This document shows positions 1 through 9,552 of a stretch of 64,000 bases of DNA, in pieces. The stretch covers positions 3,103 to 67,102 of the forward strand of contig QJZC01000004.1 in the NCBI GenBank assembly GCA_003247575.1, given 5' to 3'. How positions within the stretch are numbered: the stretch's first letter is position 1; each line of letters opens with the position of its first letter. The notes beneath the pieces were generated by a model. The model was not told where the DNA came from, searched no databases, and saw only the letters and a list, made by a program, of their open reading frames with translations. Source of the DNA: Pseudomonadota bacterium. GTDB lineage: Bacteria > Myxococcota_A > UBA9160 > SZUA-336. The position numbers and the translations under genes are program-made.

Positions 1-1970
1 AGGCCCGCAAGATCGGCGATCAGCTCGGGATCGATCGCGCCGGTGAGGTGACTGGCAAGGGCCACGATCTCGAGTGCCTCCTGCGGAAGGTTCTCGAGGC
101 GGTGGGCGGTGAGCAGGGGTCTTCCCTTCGCGGCAGCGAGCGACTCGATGCGTTCGGGGCTCCACGTCCAGCCCGTGTCTGCGCGGTGCCGTAGCTCCCC
201 CGCCTCGGATAGAAAGAACAAAAGCTCGTGGATCAACCGGGGTTGGCCAGCGGTCTGCCACTGCGTCGCGCGCGCAAGGTCTCGCACGCGTTCTTCCGGG
301 AGATCGAGACGAGCGCCGAGGAGTCGAGAGATGTCTTGCGGGTCGAGGGGGCGTACGGAGAGCTCAGAGATCGCCATCGAGCCGTCCTGAGATGTACTGC
401 GTAGCTCGCTCAGCAGCAGCCGTTCCCGCTCCGAGTCGGTGGCCAGTGACAGAACCACCACCAGGCTACACGGGCTCGCTGATTTCAAGATGCGCCGCAG
501 CAGATAAAGGCTCCCCGAGTCTGCGTAGGTGAGATGGTCGAAGCAAAGGACGAGCGGAGCGTTAGGCCGTGCGATCGCCCGGATGAGGTGGTGGATGGCC
601 GTTCCCAAGCGGGTTCGGCTCTCCTCGGGACCCAGCACGCCCAGCGGAGATTTCGTTCGTACGAGCGTGGATAGCTCAGGCAAGAACTCGGTGAGTACGC
701 CGCCGAGCTCTCCGAGCTCTGCCTGCAGTGCTCGCGACGTGTCGCTCTGGTTGCTTGCGTCGGACATCGAGCTCTCGTGGTTGCCGTCGCTCCCGAGGGA
801 CACGGCCAGGAGTTGCGCGACGAGCCGTTGGAGGCAGTCTCTGATTCCCGCGTAGGGCTCGGCTTCGCGCTCGGGCTCGAATGAGGTGCGCACGAGATGG
901 CCGCCGGCTCGCACGGTGTCGGCGCGGAGCGACGGACCCAGCGCAGATTTTCCGCTGCCGCTGGGACCGCGGACGAGTACGAGCTGAGGTTCACCGTGAA
1001 GAGCGCGCGCTAGAGCGGCACTCAGCTCAGTGAGCTGGGGTTCGCGCCCGTACAGGTGGTCGTCGATTCTCGGAAGCTCATCGATCGGCTCGCGCGGGTC
1101 CGTGTCCGTGTCCGTGCCCGTGTCGTTGGAGCCGGCTCTGGGCGATCCGCAGATGACCTTGCGGCAGCTCTCCAGATCTGCGAGTACGTCCGCCGCGGAT
1201 GCGTAACGATGCTCCGGGCGGCGTTCGATCAAACGCATGATCAGCCGAGACAGGGACACCGGGATCTCGGAACGAGCGTCGGCTACGGAACGCGTGCGCC
1301 TCGAGAGCTGCGCGTAGATCCTCTCTCGCGGTTCGCCCTCGCCGAACGGGGGGGTGCCGGTCAGGGCTCGATACAGGATTGCCCCGAGTGCGTACAGATC
1401 GCTGCGGATGTCCGCGTGCCCATCCAGCAGGCCACTCGCTTCGGGAGCCCCATACGCCTGCGAGCGTGAGTCCGGTCGAGCCTTCCGGGCCGCACGCCCC
1501 CGAGGGGCCAGGGCGCCCGGTTCGAATGCGTGTCCGAACCCGACCAGGGCGAGGGTGTGCGTCCCCGGGTTGACCAGAACGTGAGTCGGGCTGAGCGAAG
1601 CGTGAATGATCCCGGATGTGTGTACGCCGACGAGCGCATCGGTGAGCTCGATCGCCAGCTCCAGGATCTCGACGGTAGACGGCGCGGTTTCGTCGGCCCA
1701 GCGGTCGAGGGGGACGCCGGGCATGAGCTCGAGGGCCAGATACGTGAAGCCGTCTGCGTTTCCTCGCTCCAGCGCTCGCGGAATGCGACGGTCGCGGAGG
1801 CGGTGCAGCAGCTGGAACTCCGTGTCGAGCCAGTACGCGGGATCGCTGTCGGCTAGGCACCATCGGACCAGGACGTGTTCTTCCGTGTCCTCCCGGATGG
1901 CCAGGTGAAGACGCTCATCGCTCTTGCACGAGAGAGCTCGGACCAGGGTGTATCCGGGTGGGTGGAACAT
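1..1970 (-). CDS. Ser/Thr pseudokinase fused to an AAA/STAND-type ATPase domain (C-terminus runs off the window)
   Basis: Absent from the ORF track because it has no stop in the window; translated by hand from ATG 1970. Kinase-fold segments YGAPE, DIRSDLYALGAILYRALTGTPPF are present, followed by LYGRE, Walker A GPSGSGKS and Walker B-like PLVLCFDHLTYAD. Confidence 0.85.
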   Translation of the reverse strand, partial: MFHPPGYTLVRALSCKSDERLHLAIREDTEEHVLVRWCLADSDPAYWLDTEFQLLHRLRDRRIPRALERGNADGFTYLALELMPGVPLDRWADETAPSTVEILELAIELTDALVGVHTSGIIHASLSPTHVLVNPGTHTLALVGFGHAFEPGALAPRGRAARKARPDSRSQAYGAPEASGLLDGHADIRSDLYALGAILYRALTGTPPFGEGEPRERIYAQLSRRTRSVADARSEIPVSLSRLIMRLIERRPEHRYASAADVLADLESCRKVICGSPRAGSNDTGTDTDTDPREPIDELPRIDDHLYGREPQLTELSAALARALHGEPQLVLVRGPSGSGKSALGPSLRADTVRAGGHLVRTSFEPEREAEPYAGIRDCLQRLVAQLLAVSLGSDGNHESSMSDASNQSDTSRALQAELGELGGVLTEFLPELSTLVRTKSPLGVLGPEESRTRLGTAIHHLIRAIARPNAPLVLCFDHLTYADSGSLYLLRRILKSASPCSLVVVLSLATDSERERLLLSELRSTSQDGSMAISELSVRPLDPQDISRLLGARLDLPEERVRDLARATQWQTAGQPRLIHELLFFLSEAGELRHRADTGWTWSPERIESLAAAKGRPLLTAHRLENLPQEALEIVALASHLTGAIDPELIADLAG

Positions 1971-1988
1971 CTGGAGTCTCTCGAGCCT

Positions 1989-2015
1989 GCATCGGCAGGA
2001 GAGACAGCTGGGTGA
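1989..2015 (-). promoter_or_regulatory. Candidate sigma28 (FliA) promoter of the pseudokinase gene
   Basis: Minus strand TCAC-N15-GCCGATGC, 18 nt upstream of the ATG; consensus TAAA-N15-GCCGATAA. Confidence 0.4.
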
Positions 2016-2076
2016 AGCACCTCGGGGGCTCCGAAGTCAGGCTCACTCCGCGCCTTCGAGCCCGGGAGCTACAGGG

Positions 2077-3123
2077 CTACATGCGTCGTGCCTCGGGTTT
2101 GGAAGTGGCTGCACGCAGCACCGTCCAGTAGCCGTTGGCGACGCAGGCATCGTCGAGGACGCCACGCTCCCCGAGGAGTCGGTGCAGACGGGGCAGCTTG
2201 TCGTGGGGCACCGTCATCATCAGGTGATGCTCGAGGTGGTAGTTGACGAAGTTGGGTGCGATGAGCAGGCGCTCCCACCAACTCGCGAGAGTCGTGCGGG
2301 TCTGTCCAAGGGGGTCGGATGCATTCGGGGTGAGCGCATGCTCCGCGATCGAGCGGATGCGCATGCACACCCGGTACGTGGTCAGCCAAGCGCCGATCCA
2401 GAGCAGATAGAGCATGGGGTGGCCGGCTACCGCCAAGCCCGCCAGCAAGATGGCGTTGGTGAGCGCGACCGACCTGAGCGTCTTCCAACGGCCCAGAGTG
2501 CCCATCGGTCGCCTGGCTGCGCGGAGATCGCGGCGCAGCACCGAGCGGGCTTGTTTGATGCCGGTGCGGCCGGACAGGTCGCGCCCGAGCTTGCGCAGGA
2601 AGCTGCTACGCGTGATCGGAAAGCGAGCCACCAAGTGGAGGTCGGGATCCCCGCTGGTGCCCGTCTTGGCGTGGTGGAGGAGGTGGTAGGGGCGATAGCC
2701 GTCGAGATCGGCCCAGATCGGGTAGCCAGCCAGCCAGCGTCCGACCCGGTCGTTCCAGCGTCGATCCGGGAGCAAGGTGCGATGCGCCGCTTCGTGCATC
2801 AGGATGGCGAGACCGAGCTGGCGCGCACCGATGACGACCAAGGCCACCAGGACGCTCGAGATTCCCGGCAGCGCGGCAACGAGCGCGAAGCTCGCGAAGA
2901 TCAGTCCCCAGTTGACTGCGAGCGAACGAATTGCGGGCAAGCGGTCGACCTGCAAGAGCGCTCTGCGCTCTTCATTCGAGAGAGCGTCCAGCCAGCGCGC
3001 TTGGGGTCGGTTGGAGCGCGTGTGGGGTAGGCTGGCCGCGGGTGGGGGCTCCGCGCGTCGAGGTTCGGAGCCGGCCTCCGGGGGGGCCGCGGCTACGGCT
3101 GAAGCGCGCCGCGGCTTCGTCAT
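2077..3123 (-). CDS. Membrane fatty acid desaturase family protein
   Basis: Three His boxes HEAAH, HLLHH and HLEHH plus hydrophobic segments. ATG 3123 preferred over TTG 3147. Confidence 0.9.
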   Translation of the reverse strand: MTKPRRASAVAAAPPEAGSEPRRAEPPPAASLPHTRSNRPQARWLDALSNEERRALLQVDRLPAIRSLAVNWGLIFASFALVAALPGISSVLVALVVIGARQLGLAILMHEAAHRTLLPDRRWNDRVGRWLAGYPIWADLDGYRPYHLLHHAKTGTSGDPDLHLVARFPITRSSFLRKLGRDLSGRTGIKQARSVLRRDLRAARRPMGTLGRWKTLRSVALTNAILLAGLAVAGHPMLYLLWIGAWLTTYRVCMRIRSIAEHALTPNASDPLGQTRTTLASWWERLLIAPNFVNYHLEHHLMMTVPHDKLPRLHRLLGERGVLDDACVANGYWTVLRAATSKPEARRM

Positions 3124-3292
3124 CGTCGAGGCTTCCCTTGCGGGCAACTCACGGCTCTCTGGCTCCCTTCGTCGTCCGCATGTTACGCGGAAGTCTGTAG
3201 GAATGCATCCGCGCCTCGGATGTCGTCTGCGTCGGGGGGCGCTCGGCGGTAAGGGTTCTGGTGACGTGGGTGGCGGGCGGCGTCGGCCACTT

Positions 3293-3318
3293 GCGAAAGG
3301 CGAAAATATAGCGAAAAT
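3293..3318 (+). promoter_or_regulatory. Direct-repeat operator candidate (possible SOS/LexA-type box) upstream of dnaE2
   Basis: GCGAAAAT at 3300 and 3311 (11-bp period) plus GCGAAA at 3293, in an AT-rich patch immediately before the start codon. Confidence 0.45.
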
Positions 3319-3324
3319 GGCATC

Positions 3325-6300
3325 GTGTCCAAGCCTACCTACGTCGAGCTAGGGATCCAGAGCGCGTTCAGCTTTCTGGAAGGAGGCGCACTCCCCGAAG
3401 ACCTGGTGGCGCGCGCAGCTGATCGTGGACATGGGGTGCTCGCGCTCAGTGACGTCGATGGGGTCTACGGTATTCCTCGCTTCCATCGCGCGGCAGTGTC
3501 GCAAGGGGTACGTGCAATCGTGGGCGCGCGAATCCATCTGGCGGCGGAAGAAGCGGACTCGGCGATGTTGCATCGGAACGCCACAGCGCGTTCCTGGCGA
3601 CATCGTCAACGGACGGGGCGAGCGTCGGACGATCGGGGGGATTCGCCGCGCGCACCCGCGGGGGCCCCGCCTTCTCGCGGCCGTGTCACGTTGTTGGTGA
3701 AGTCGGCGCTCGGGTACCGCAATTTGTGTCGCCTGTTGACCCTGGGGCATGCGGAGCATCCCAAGCCCCATGCTCGCGTGCGATTGGATCAGCTGCGCGA
3801 GCACGCGCAAGGACTGATCGCCTTGGTGCGTTTACCGGCGCTCGTCGCACCGCTGCGCGAGATGTTTCCTGGCGAGATCTATGGGGAGCTCTGGAGGCTG
3901 CTCGACCCCGACGAAGAGCGCCTCAACCGCGTGCTGTTGGCCACGGGGGTGCCTCCGCTGGCGACGGGTGCGGTGCTCTACGCCAAGCCAGAGGATCGGC
4001 GTCATGTCGACGCCTTTACGTGTCTACGTCACAAGCTGGCCCTCGATGCAGCTGGCCGGCGTTTGCTGCCGAATGCCGAGCGTCACGTGAAGGCTCCCGA
4101 CGAAATGTGTGCGCGCTTCGGTGACCTGCCCGAAGCGCTCAGTAATACGCTGCGCGTCTCCGAGCGCTGCGAATTCTCGCTCGAGCATCTCGGCTATCGG
4201 TTTCCCGACTTTCCGCTCGGCCCCGGCGAGACGGCCGCTGCGAAGCTCCGGCAGCTGTCCGAGCAAGGATTGCGCGATCGATTCGGCCCGCGGATTTCGC
4301 AGCGTGTCTCGAAGCAGCTTGCTCACGAGCTCGCGGTCATTCGTCGGCTCGAGCTCGAAGGGTACTTCCTCATTGTTTGGGACATCGTCTGTGCCTGCAG
4401 AGAGAAAGGGATTCTGGTGCAGGGGCGAGGCTCTGCAGCGAACAGCCTGGTCTGCTACGCGCTCGGGATCACCGCGATCGATCCGATTCGCTACGAGCTG
4501 CTCTTCGAGCGCTTTCTCTCCGAGGAGCGCGGAGAGTGGCCCGACATCGATTTGGATCTGCCGTCGGGTGATCGCAGGGAAGAGATCTTGCAGTACGTCT
4601 ACGCGCGCTATGGTCCCCATGGTGCTGGGATGACGGCGAACGTCATCACGTATCGACCGCGGAGTGCTGTGCGTGAAATGGGCAAGGTGCTCGGGTTCTC
4701 CGAGCCTCAGCTGGGACGGCTCGCGAGCATGCTGTCGCGCTTCGAGTACGTGGAAGAAGACGCCGGCGACGAGATCGTTCGTCGCGCTACGGAATCGGGA
4801 ATGTCGCTGCGGGCTGCGCGCGTACGCCATCTACTGGATCTGGTTTGCCGCATCCAGCATCTTCCGCGGCACCTGAGCCAGCATTCGGGGGGCATGATCG
4901 TGGCACAGGGGCGTCTCGACGAAGTCGTTCCACTCGAGCCCGCACGCATGCCCGGACGTTCGGTCATTCAGTGGGACAAAGAGGACTGTGCAGATCTGGG
5001 TATCATCAAGATCGATCTCCTCGGTCTCGGGATGATGGCCGTTTTGCAGGACGTCATCCCCTTGATTCGAACGCATGACCACGTCGAGATCGATCTCGCA
5101 CAGCTCCCCGCGGATGACCCCCTGACGTATTCCATGCTGCAGAAGGCCGATACCGTCGGAGTCTTTCAGGTCGAGAGTCGCGCTCAGATGGCGACCTTGC
5201 CGCGCATGAAGCCCGCGTGCTTCTACGATCTGGTCGTCGAGGTAGCGATCATTCGCCCCGGGCCGATCGTCGGTGAGATGGTGCAGCCCTACCTACGCCG
5301 TCGGTCGAGCGAGGAACCTGTGACCTATCCGCATCCCGATCTCGAGCCGATCCTCGCGCGAACCTTGGGTGTGCCCTTGTTTCAGGAGCAGCTGCTGCGG
5401 GTGGCCATGGTGATTGCAGGCTTCAGTGGTGGTGAAGCCGAAGAGCTGCGCCGCGCCATGGGGTTCAAACGCTCCGTGGAGCGAATGCGTGCCGTGGTTC
5501 AGCAGCTCCAGCGTGGGATGACGGCGCGCGGGATCGATCCTGCGGTACAAGAGGAGCTGATCAAGCAGATCCGCTCCTTCGCCCTGTACGGGTTTCCCGA
5601 GAGTCATGCGGCCAGCTTCGCCCTGTTGGCCTACGCCTCGGCGTATCTGCGTGCGCACCATCCAGCGTGCTTCTTGGTCGCCATGCTGAACAATGCTCCG
5701 CTCGGGTTCTACAGCCCTGCGACGTTGGTGCACGATGCGCAGCGGCATGGAGTACGGGTGCTTCCCATCGATGTGCAGCGAAGCGAGGTCGCTGCCACGG
5801 TCGATCCCGATGGTGCGGTGCGAATCGGTTTGGAGTATGTCACCGGACTACGTAGGTCGGCTGCGGAGCGCATAGCGCGCGGGCGTCCCTATGGCTCGCT
5901 GGCCGACCTGGCACGCCGCGCGCAGCTAGGGCGTGAGGAGCTCGAGAAGCTGGCCGAGGTGGGAGCCTGCCAGTCTCTGGGGCTCGAGCGCCGTGCTGCA
6001 CTCTGGCAAGTGGCTGCTCTGCGTGGGGACCTCTTGGCCGAGGTGCGCTCGGAGGGCGCATCTCCTCTGCCCGAGATGGGGGCGCTAGAGGAGACGCTCG
6101 CGGACTACCGAGGCTCGGGTCTGACCGTGGCTGCGCACTTGATGCACCATTTTCGGTCTCGGCTGGAAGCTCGCGGCGCGTTGACGGCGCGCGCGCTCGC
6201 GCAGGTTCCGGATGGCCACTGGGTGCGGGTTGCCGGGGCTGTGATCGTTCGCCAGCGGCCGGGAACCGCCAAGGGCTTCCTGTTCCTGACGCTCGAAGAC

Positions 6301-6495
6301 GAGACGGGGATGGCCAATGTCGTGGTGGTCCCCAAGCTCTTCGCGCGCTTCCGGCACGTCCTGTTGGGATCGGGCCTGATCTGGGTCGAAGGCCCGTTGC
6401 AAAACGTACAGGGAGTGATTCATGTGCGTGGACGTCGTTTTCGCGAGCTCGAATTCGGCCGGGAGCCGCTGCCCCCATCTTATGACTTTCGCTGA
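3325..6495 (+). CDS. dnaE2: Error-prone DNA polymerase DnaE2 (ImuC)
   Basis: PHP start SAFSFLEG; GRGSAANS; PDIDLD; HLSQHSGG; FQVESRAQ; YGFPESHAASFA; RQRPGTAKG; DnaE2-type C-terminus SYDFR. Confidence 0.96.
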   Translation: MSKPTYVELGIQSAFSFLEGGALPEDLVARAADRGHGVLALSDVDGVYGIPRFHRAAVSQGVRAIVGARIHLAAEEADSAMLHRNATARSWRHRQRTGRASDDRGDSPRAPAGAPPSRGRVTLLVKSALGYRNLCRLLTLGHAEHPKPHARVRLDQLREHAQGLIALVRLPALVAPLREMFPGEIYGELWRLLDPDEERLNRVLLATGVPPLATGAVLYAKPEDRRHVDAFTCLRHKLALDAAGRRLLPNAERHVKAPDEMCARFGDLPEALSNTLRVSERCEFSLEHLGYRFPDFPLGPGETAAAKLRQLSEQGLRDRFGPRISQRVSKQLAHELAVIRRLELEGYFLIVWDIVCACREKGILVQGRGSAANSLVCYALGITAIDPIRYELLFERFLSEERGEWPDIDLDLPSGDRREEILQYVYARYGPHGAGMTANVITYRPRSAVREMGKVLGFSEPQLGRLASMLSRFEYVEEDAGDEIVRRATESGMSLRAARVRHLLDLVCRIQHLPRHLSQHSGGMIVAQGRLDEVVPLEPARMPGRSVIQWDKEDCADLGIIKIDLLGLGMMAVLQDVIPLIRTHDHVEIDLAQLPADDPLTYSMLQKADTVGVFQVESRAQMATLPRMKPACFYDLVVEVAIIRPGPIVGEMVQPYLRRRSSEEPVTYPHPDLEPILARTLGVPLFQEQLLRVAMVIAGFSGGEAEELRRAMGFKRSVERMRAVVQQLQRGMTARGIDPAVQEELIKQIRSFALYGFPESHAASFALLAYASAYLRAHHPACFLVAMLNNAPLGFYSPATLVHDAQRHGVRVLPIDVQRSEVAATVDPDGAVRIGLEYVTGLRRSAAERIARGRPYGSLADLARRAQLGREELEKLAEVGACQSLGLERRAALWQVAALRGDLLAEVRSEGASPLPEMGALEETLADYRGSGLTVAAHLMHHFRSRLEARGALTARALAQVPDGHWVRVAGAVIVRQRPGTAKGFLFLTLEDETGMANVVVVPKLFARFRHVLLGSGLIWVEGPLQNVQGVIHVRGRRFRELEFGREPLPPSYDFR

Positions 6496-6570
6496 GGTTC
6501 CATCTGCGCGATCCTGATCGAGTTCCTTCGGTCTACCCCCGAGGCGCGGAGGATCGTCCGGCGCCAGCCT

Positions 6571-8805
6571 ATGAGTGAGTACAGTCCAGATTCCGTGATG
6601 AACGAAGCCTTTGGCCTCCTGGAAGCGGGGCAGGCTGCACTGTGGCTCGAACTCTACGCTGCCTTTCCCGAGGAGACGCGCACGGAGTTTCCGGACGTAG
6701 TCCACCAGATGCTCGATCGGGAGGATGCGATCCCCACCGCGACCCTCGTGGCGCCGCTCTACGGTGAGGAGTCGGACCCTTCGGTGCGCGAGCACTTCAT
6801 CCAGATGCTCGCGTTCGAGTCCTGTATCGAGAGCGCGCAAGTGCTGCAGCTGTGGAAGGGCCTAGCCCCCACGCGACGCGAGAGACGCGCGATTCGCGCT
6901 GCTCTCGCGCAGCTCGGCCGTAGGGGCATCGAGATCCCTTCGGGCGAGGAGCGCGCATGGGAGTCGCAGATCTCCGCCCGCATGTCCAGCGCCGATGGAA
7001 TGGGCTCGTACCGCATCGTGATCGAGTTTCGGATCGGCCGCTCCTCGGTGTTTCTCGCCTTTGCGATCAATGTGGATGCAGGGCTCCGCGAGGCCGAGCG
7101 CATGGGAGCCGATGCAGCCGAGTTCTTGATGAGATTCGGCGAAGACTACGGACTTGCGGATGCCGAGGTGTCTCCGTCCATGGCAGCCCTCACCGTGCGT
7201 CAGGCGGTGCGCTGTTCCCGGTCACTCGGGCGGGAGCTGCCAGAAGGGTGGAGCGACGCCTCCGCGTGGCTCGACAAGATCCCGAGCGCCACGATCCTCA
7301 CGAATGGTTCCGAAAGCGCGGAGAGTGAGGTGCAGCGCCCGCGCGTCCCATCCGCGGCAATCGAGATGAAGCCGCAGGAGCCCAAGGCTGAACGCGTGCG
7401 TCTCACCACGCGTCAGCTCGCCCTGCGACGAGAGTTCGAGACCTGGTTCCTGCCCCCGGTCGCCGAGCTTCGGCGGCGCGCGGACGCCTATCTGACCGAG
7501 ATGGGTGGGCGCCGAACGGGAACGTACGCGAATCGTACCGGGCTTCTGCAGATCGTGTCCGAGTACGTGATCCGTCCCGCGTACCGCGAGCGTCTGGTGG
7601 CGATGCTGCGCCATCAAGCCGAGCTCTATCTCTTGCGCGGAGACGTGCCCGCGATGCGAGCCGCGCGTCGTAGCATCGATGAGGTCGAGCTCGGCCAGGT
7701 CGGGCGGGGCTTCTTGAAAGTCTTCGCAGAGCGCAGCCTCGAATGCCTGTCGGACGAGCTGTCCCGTTCGGACCCGCTGCCGCCCGACGAGCGCAGGCCG
7801 GCGTGGGTCGAGGCGCTGCGACCCCTGGAGCCTCCCCGCCGCCGGGACGTCGTCCGCGCGGACTTCGCGGTGCTGCTGGATCACGTGTTGGCCACGGAGC
7901 TCGATTTGGTGCCGCTGGTGCAGCGACCGACGGAGTCGCAGCTGATCGAGGTGATCACCAACTGCGCTGACGCGGTGGTCGAACGTCTCGAGCTGCGGGC
8001 GCGAGCCGCGCGCAGTTCCAGGACGATCCTGACGCAGCAGGACGCACGCCTGCTGGCGAGTGAGTTCACCCGCTTGTTGCGTCTCCGGACAGCTCTCGGA
8101 CGTGGCGATACGGCCGCGATCGGGCGTGTGCTGGCCGAGCGTACGCGCGCATTCGCGAATCAGGCGTGTGGGCAGTATTGCACGCACGCATGCCCGGCCG
8201 CCCTCGATGCCTGTGGGGAAGCCCTGTACGACATCGAGGGGCATCCTGCGCGACTCTCGGGGGACACCTTCGACCCTGCGCTGGCGCTCGACGCGGTGGG
8301 GCCTCGTACGAAGTCCGCACTGCCTGGCGCGTTGCTCGATGAGCTGCGCCGCCTCGAGCGCGCCTGCCGGGTCGTCGGTCTCCACACGAGCGACCTAGCG
8401 CAATCTTTCGCCCGGTGGGAGCGTCGCTTCGCGATCTCGGAGGGTCTCCAACCCTGGAGTGAGCTGGGACGAGAGGCGGCGCACGATCTCTGTACCGCCT
8501 TGCGTGCTGCTCTCGAGCGTCTGCCGCGGCTGTCCCCCTCGTCGGATCCGGAGACCCGCTCCGCATGGGAGGCCTTCGCGTCCGTTTATCCGGTTCTTCC
8601 GGTAGAGCTCGTGAGCCGCATGATCGCACGCAGCGAGCGCTCGACCGATGTGCTCGCGGTCCTGCTCGGGGCCGCGGAGGGCTTCGAACGCCGCGCCTTG
8701 CCGCTGGCCGAGGTGAGGCCCGCACTGGAGAGGCTATGGAACGCGACCCCGCGCCCCGAGCTTCATGGCAGGACCCCCAACCAGGTGGAGGACTCGGGCC
8801 GCTGA
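6571..8805 (+). CDS. Hypothetical protein, 744 aa
   Basis: Long ORF with normal composition filling the gap between dnaE2 and fxsA; Cys cluster CGQYCTHACPAALDAC; C-terminal LWNATPRPELHGRTP. Confidence 0.8.
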   Translation: MSEYSPDSVMNEAFGLLEAGQAALWLELYAAFPEETRTEFPDVVHQMLDREDAIPTATLVAPLYGEESDPSVREHFIQMLAFESCIESAQVLQLWKGLAPTRRERRAIRAALAQLGRRGIEIPSGEERAWESQISARMSSADGMGSYRIVIEFRIGRSSVFLAFAINVDAGLREAERMGADAAEFLMRFGEDYGLADAEVSPSMAALTVRQAVRCSRSLGRELPEGWSDASAWLDKIPSATILTNGSESAESEVQRPRVPSAAIEMKPQEPKAERVRLTTRQLALRREFETWFLPPVAELRRRADAYLTEMGGRRTGTYANRTGLLQIVSEYVIRPAYRERLVAMLRHQAELYLLRGDVPAMRAARRSIDEVELGQVGRGFLKVFAERSLECLSDELSRSDPLPPDERRPAWVEALRPLEPPRRRDVVRADFAVLLDHVLATELDLVPLVQRPTESQLIEVITNCADAVVERLELRARAARSSRTILTQQDARLLASEFTRLLRLRTALGRGDTAAIGRVLAERTRAFANQACGQYCTHACPAALDACGEALYDIEGHPARLSGDTFDPALALDAVGPRTKSALPGALLDELRRLERACRVVGLHTSDLAQSFARWERRFAISEGLQPWSELGREAAHDLCTALRAALERLPRLSPSSDPETRSAWEAFASVYPVLPVELVSRMIARSERSTDVLAVLLGAAEGFERRALPLAEVRPALERLWNATPRPELHGRTPNQVEDSGR

Positions 8806-8850
8806 AGCACGCTGCCGGCGCCCCCATCGGGGGTATGCCATGCTGTGCGG

Positions 8851-9552
8851 ATGGCCGTGCTGGCATTTCTCTTCATCGCGATTCCAGCTCTGGAGCTGGC
8901 GCTCCTGATCGAGGTGGGATCGCGCATCGGTACGCTGCCCACCTTTCTGCTGATCGTTGCGACGGGAGTCGCAGGTGCAGCGCTTGCGCGGGCGCAGGGC
9001 TTGGGGGTATTGGCACGGATCCAACGAGAGCTCGCAGAAGGCCGCGCGCCTGCGACCGCTCTGGTCGATGCGGCGATCGTGTTGGTATCGGCGGCGCTGC
9101 TCTTGACCCCTGGACTGCTGACCGATCTGGTGGGGCTCGCAGGCCTGATTCCGCCCGTGCGGGCGATCCTGCGTCGTCTGGGTTGGAAGTACGTCGAGCA
9201 CGCGATCGCCACGCGGCGAATCCATGTGCAGACCTTCTCCTCGCAGACGGGAGTCGGTGGACCTCGTGCAGCGGGGAGCGCGCGAGACGGCGAGATCCTC
9301 GAGCCAGACTACGTCGCCGTGCCCGAGACGGATCCACCCGAGGCGGATCTGCGGGAGCCCGACACCCGCGGGGCGGGACCCGCAGCCGAGGGCGCCCGTG
9401 CGAGTGGTTCTCGGGGTACGGCTTCGAGACAGGCCGGAGGAGAGGAATTCGAGCGGAGGCCTCTCGATGATCTCGATGACGGGGGATCCCGGTCACGGGC
9501 GCCTGGTCGTCTGCAGCGGGGTCCGCGCGGCTCGCGATCGGCTCGCGACTGA
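8851..9552 (+). CDS. fxsA: FxsA family membrane protein with a long low-complexity tail
   Basis: IPALELALLIEVGSRIG and LLLTPGLLTDLVGL match the FxsA signature. Confidence 0.9.
   Translation: MAVLAFLFIAIPALELALLIEVGSRIGTLPTFLLIVATGVAGAALARAQGLGVLARIQRELAEGRAPATALVDAAIVLVSAALLLTPGLLTDLVGLAGLIPPVRAILRRLGWKYVEHAIATRRIHVQTFSSQTGVGGPRAAGSARDGEILEPDYVAVPETDPPEADLREPDTRGAGPAAEGARASGSRGTASRQAGGEEFERRPLDDLDDGGSRSRAPGRLQRGPRGSRSARD

Noticed and set aside
1098-1124. Hexamer repeat (GTCCGT)n
   Set aside because: Encodes a short DT-repeat linker between the kinase and ATPase domains; a multiple of three and too short to suggest phase variation.
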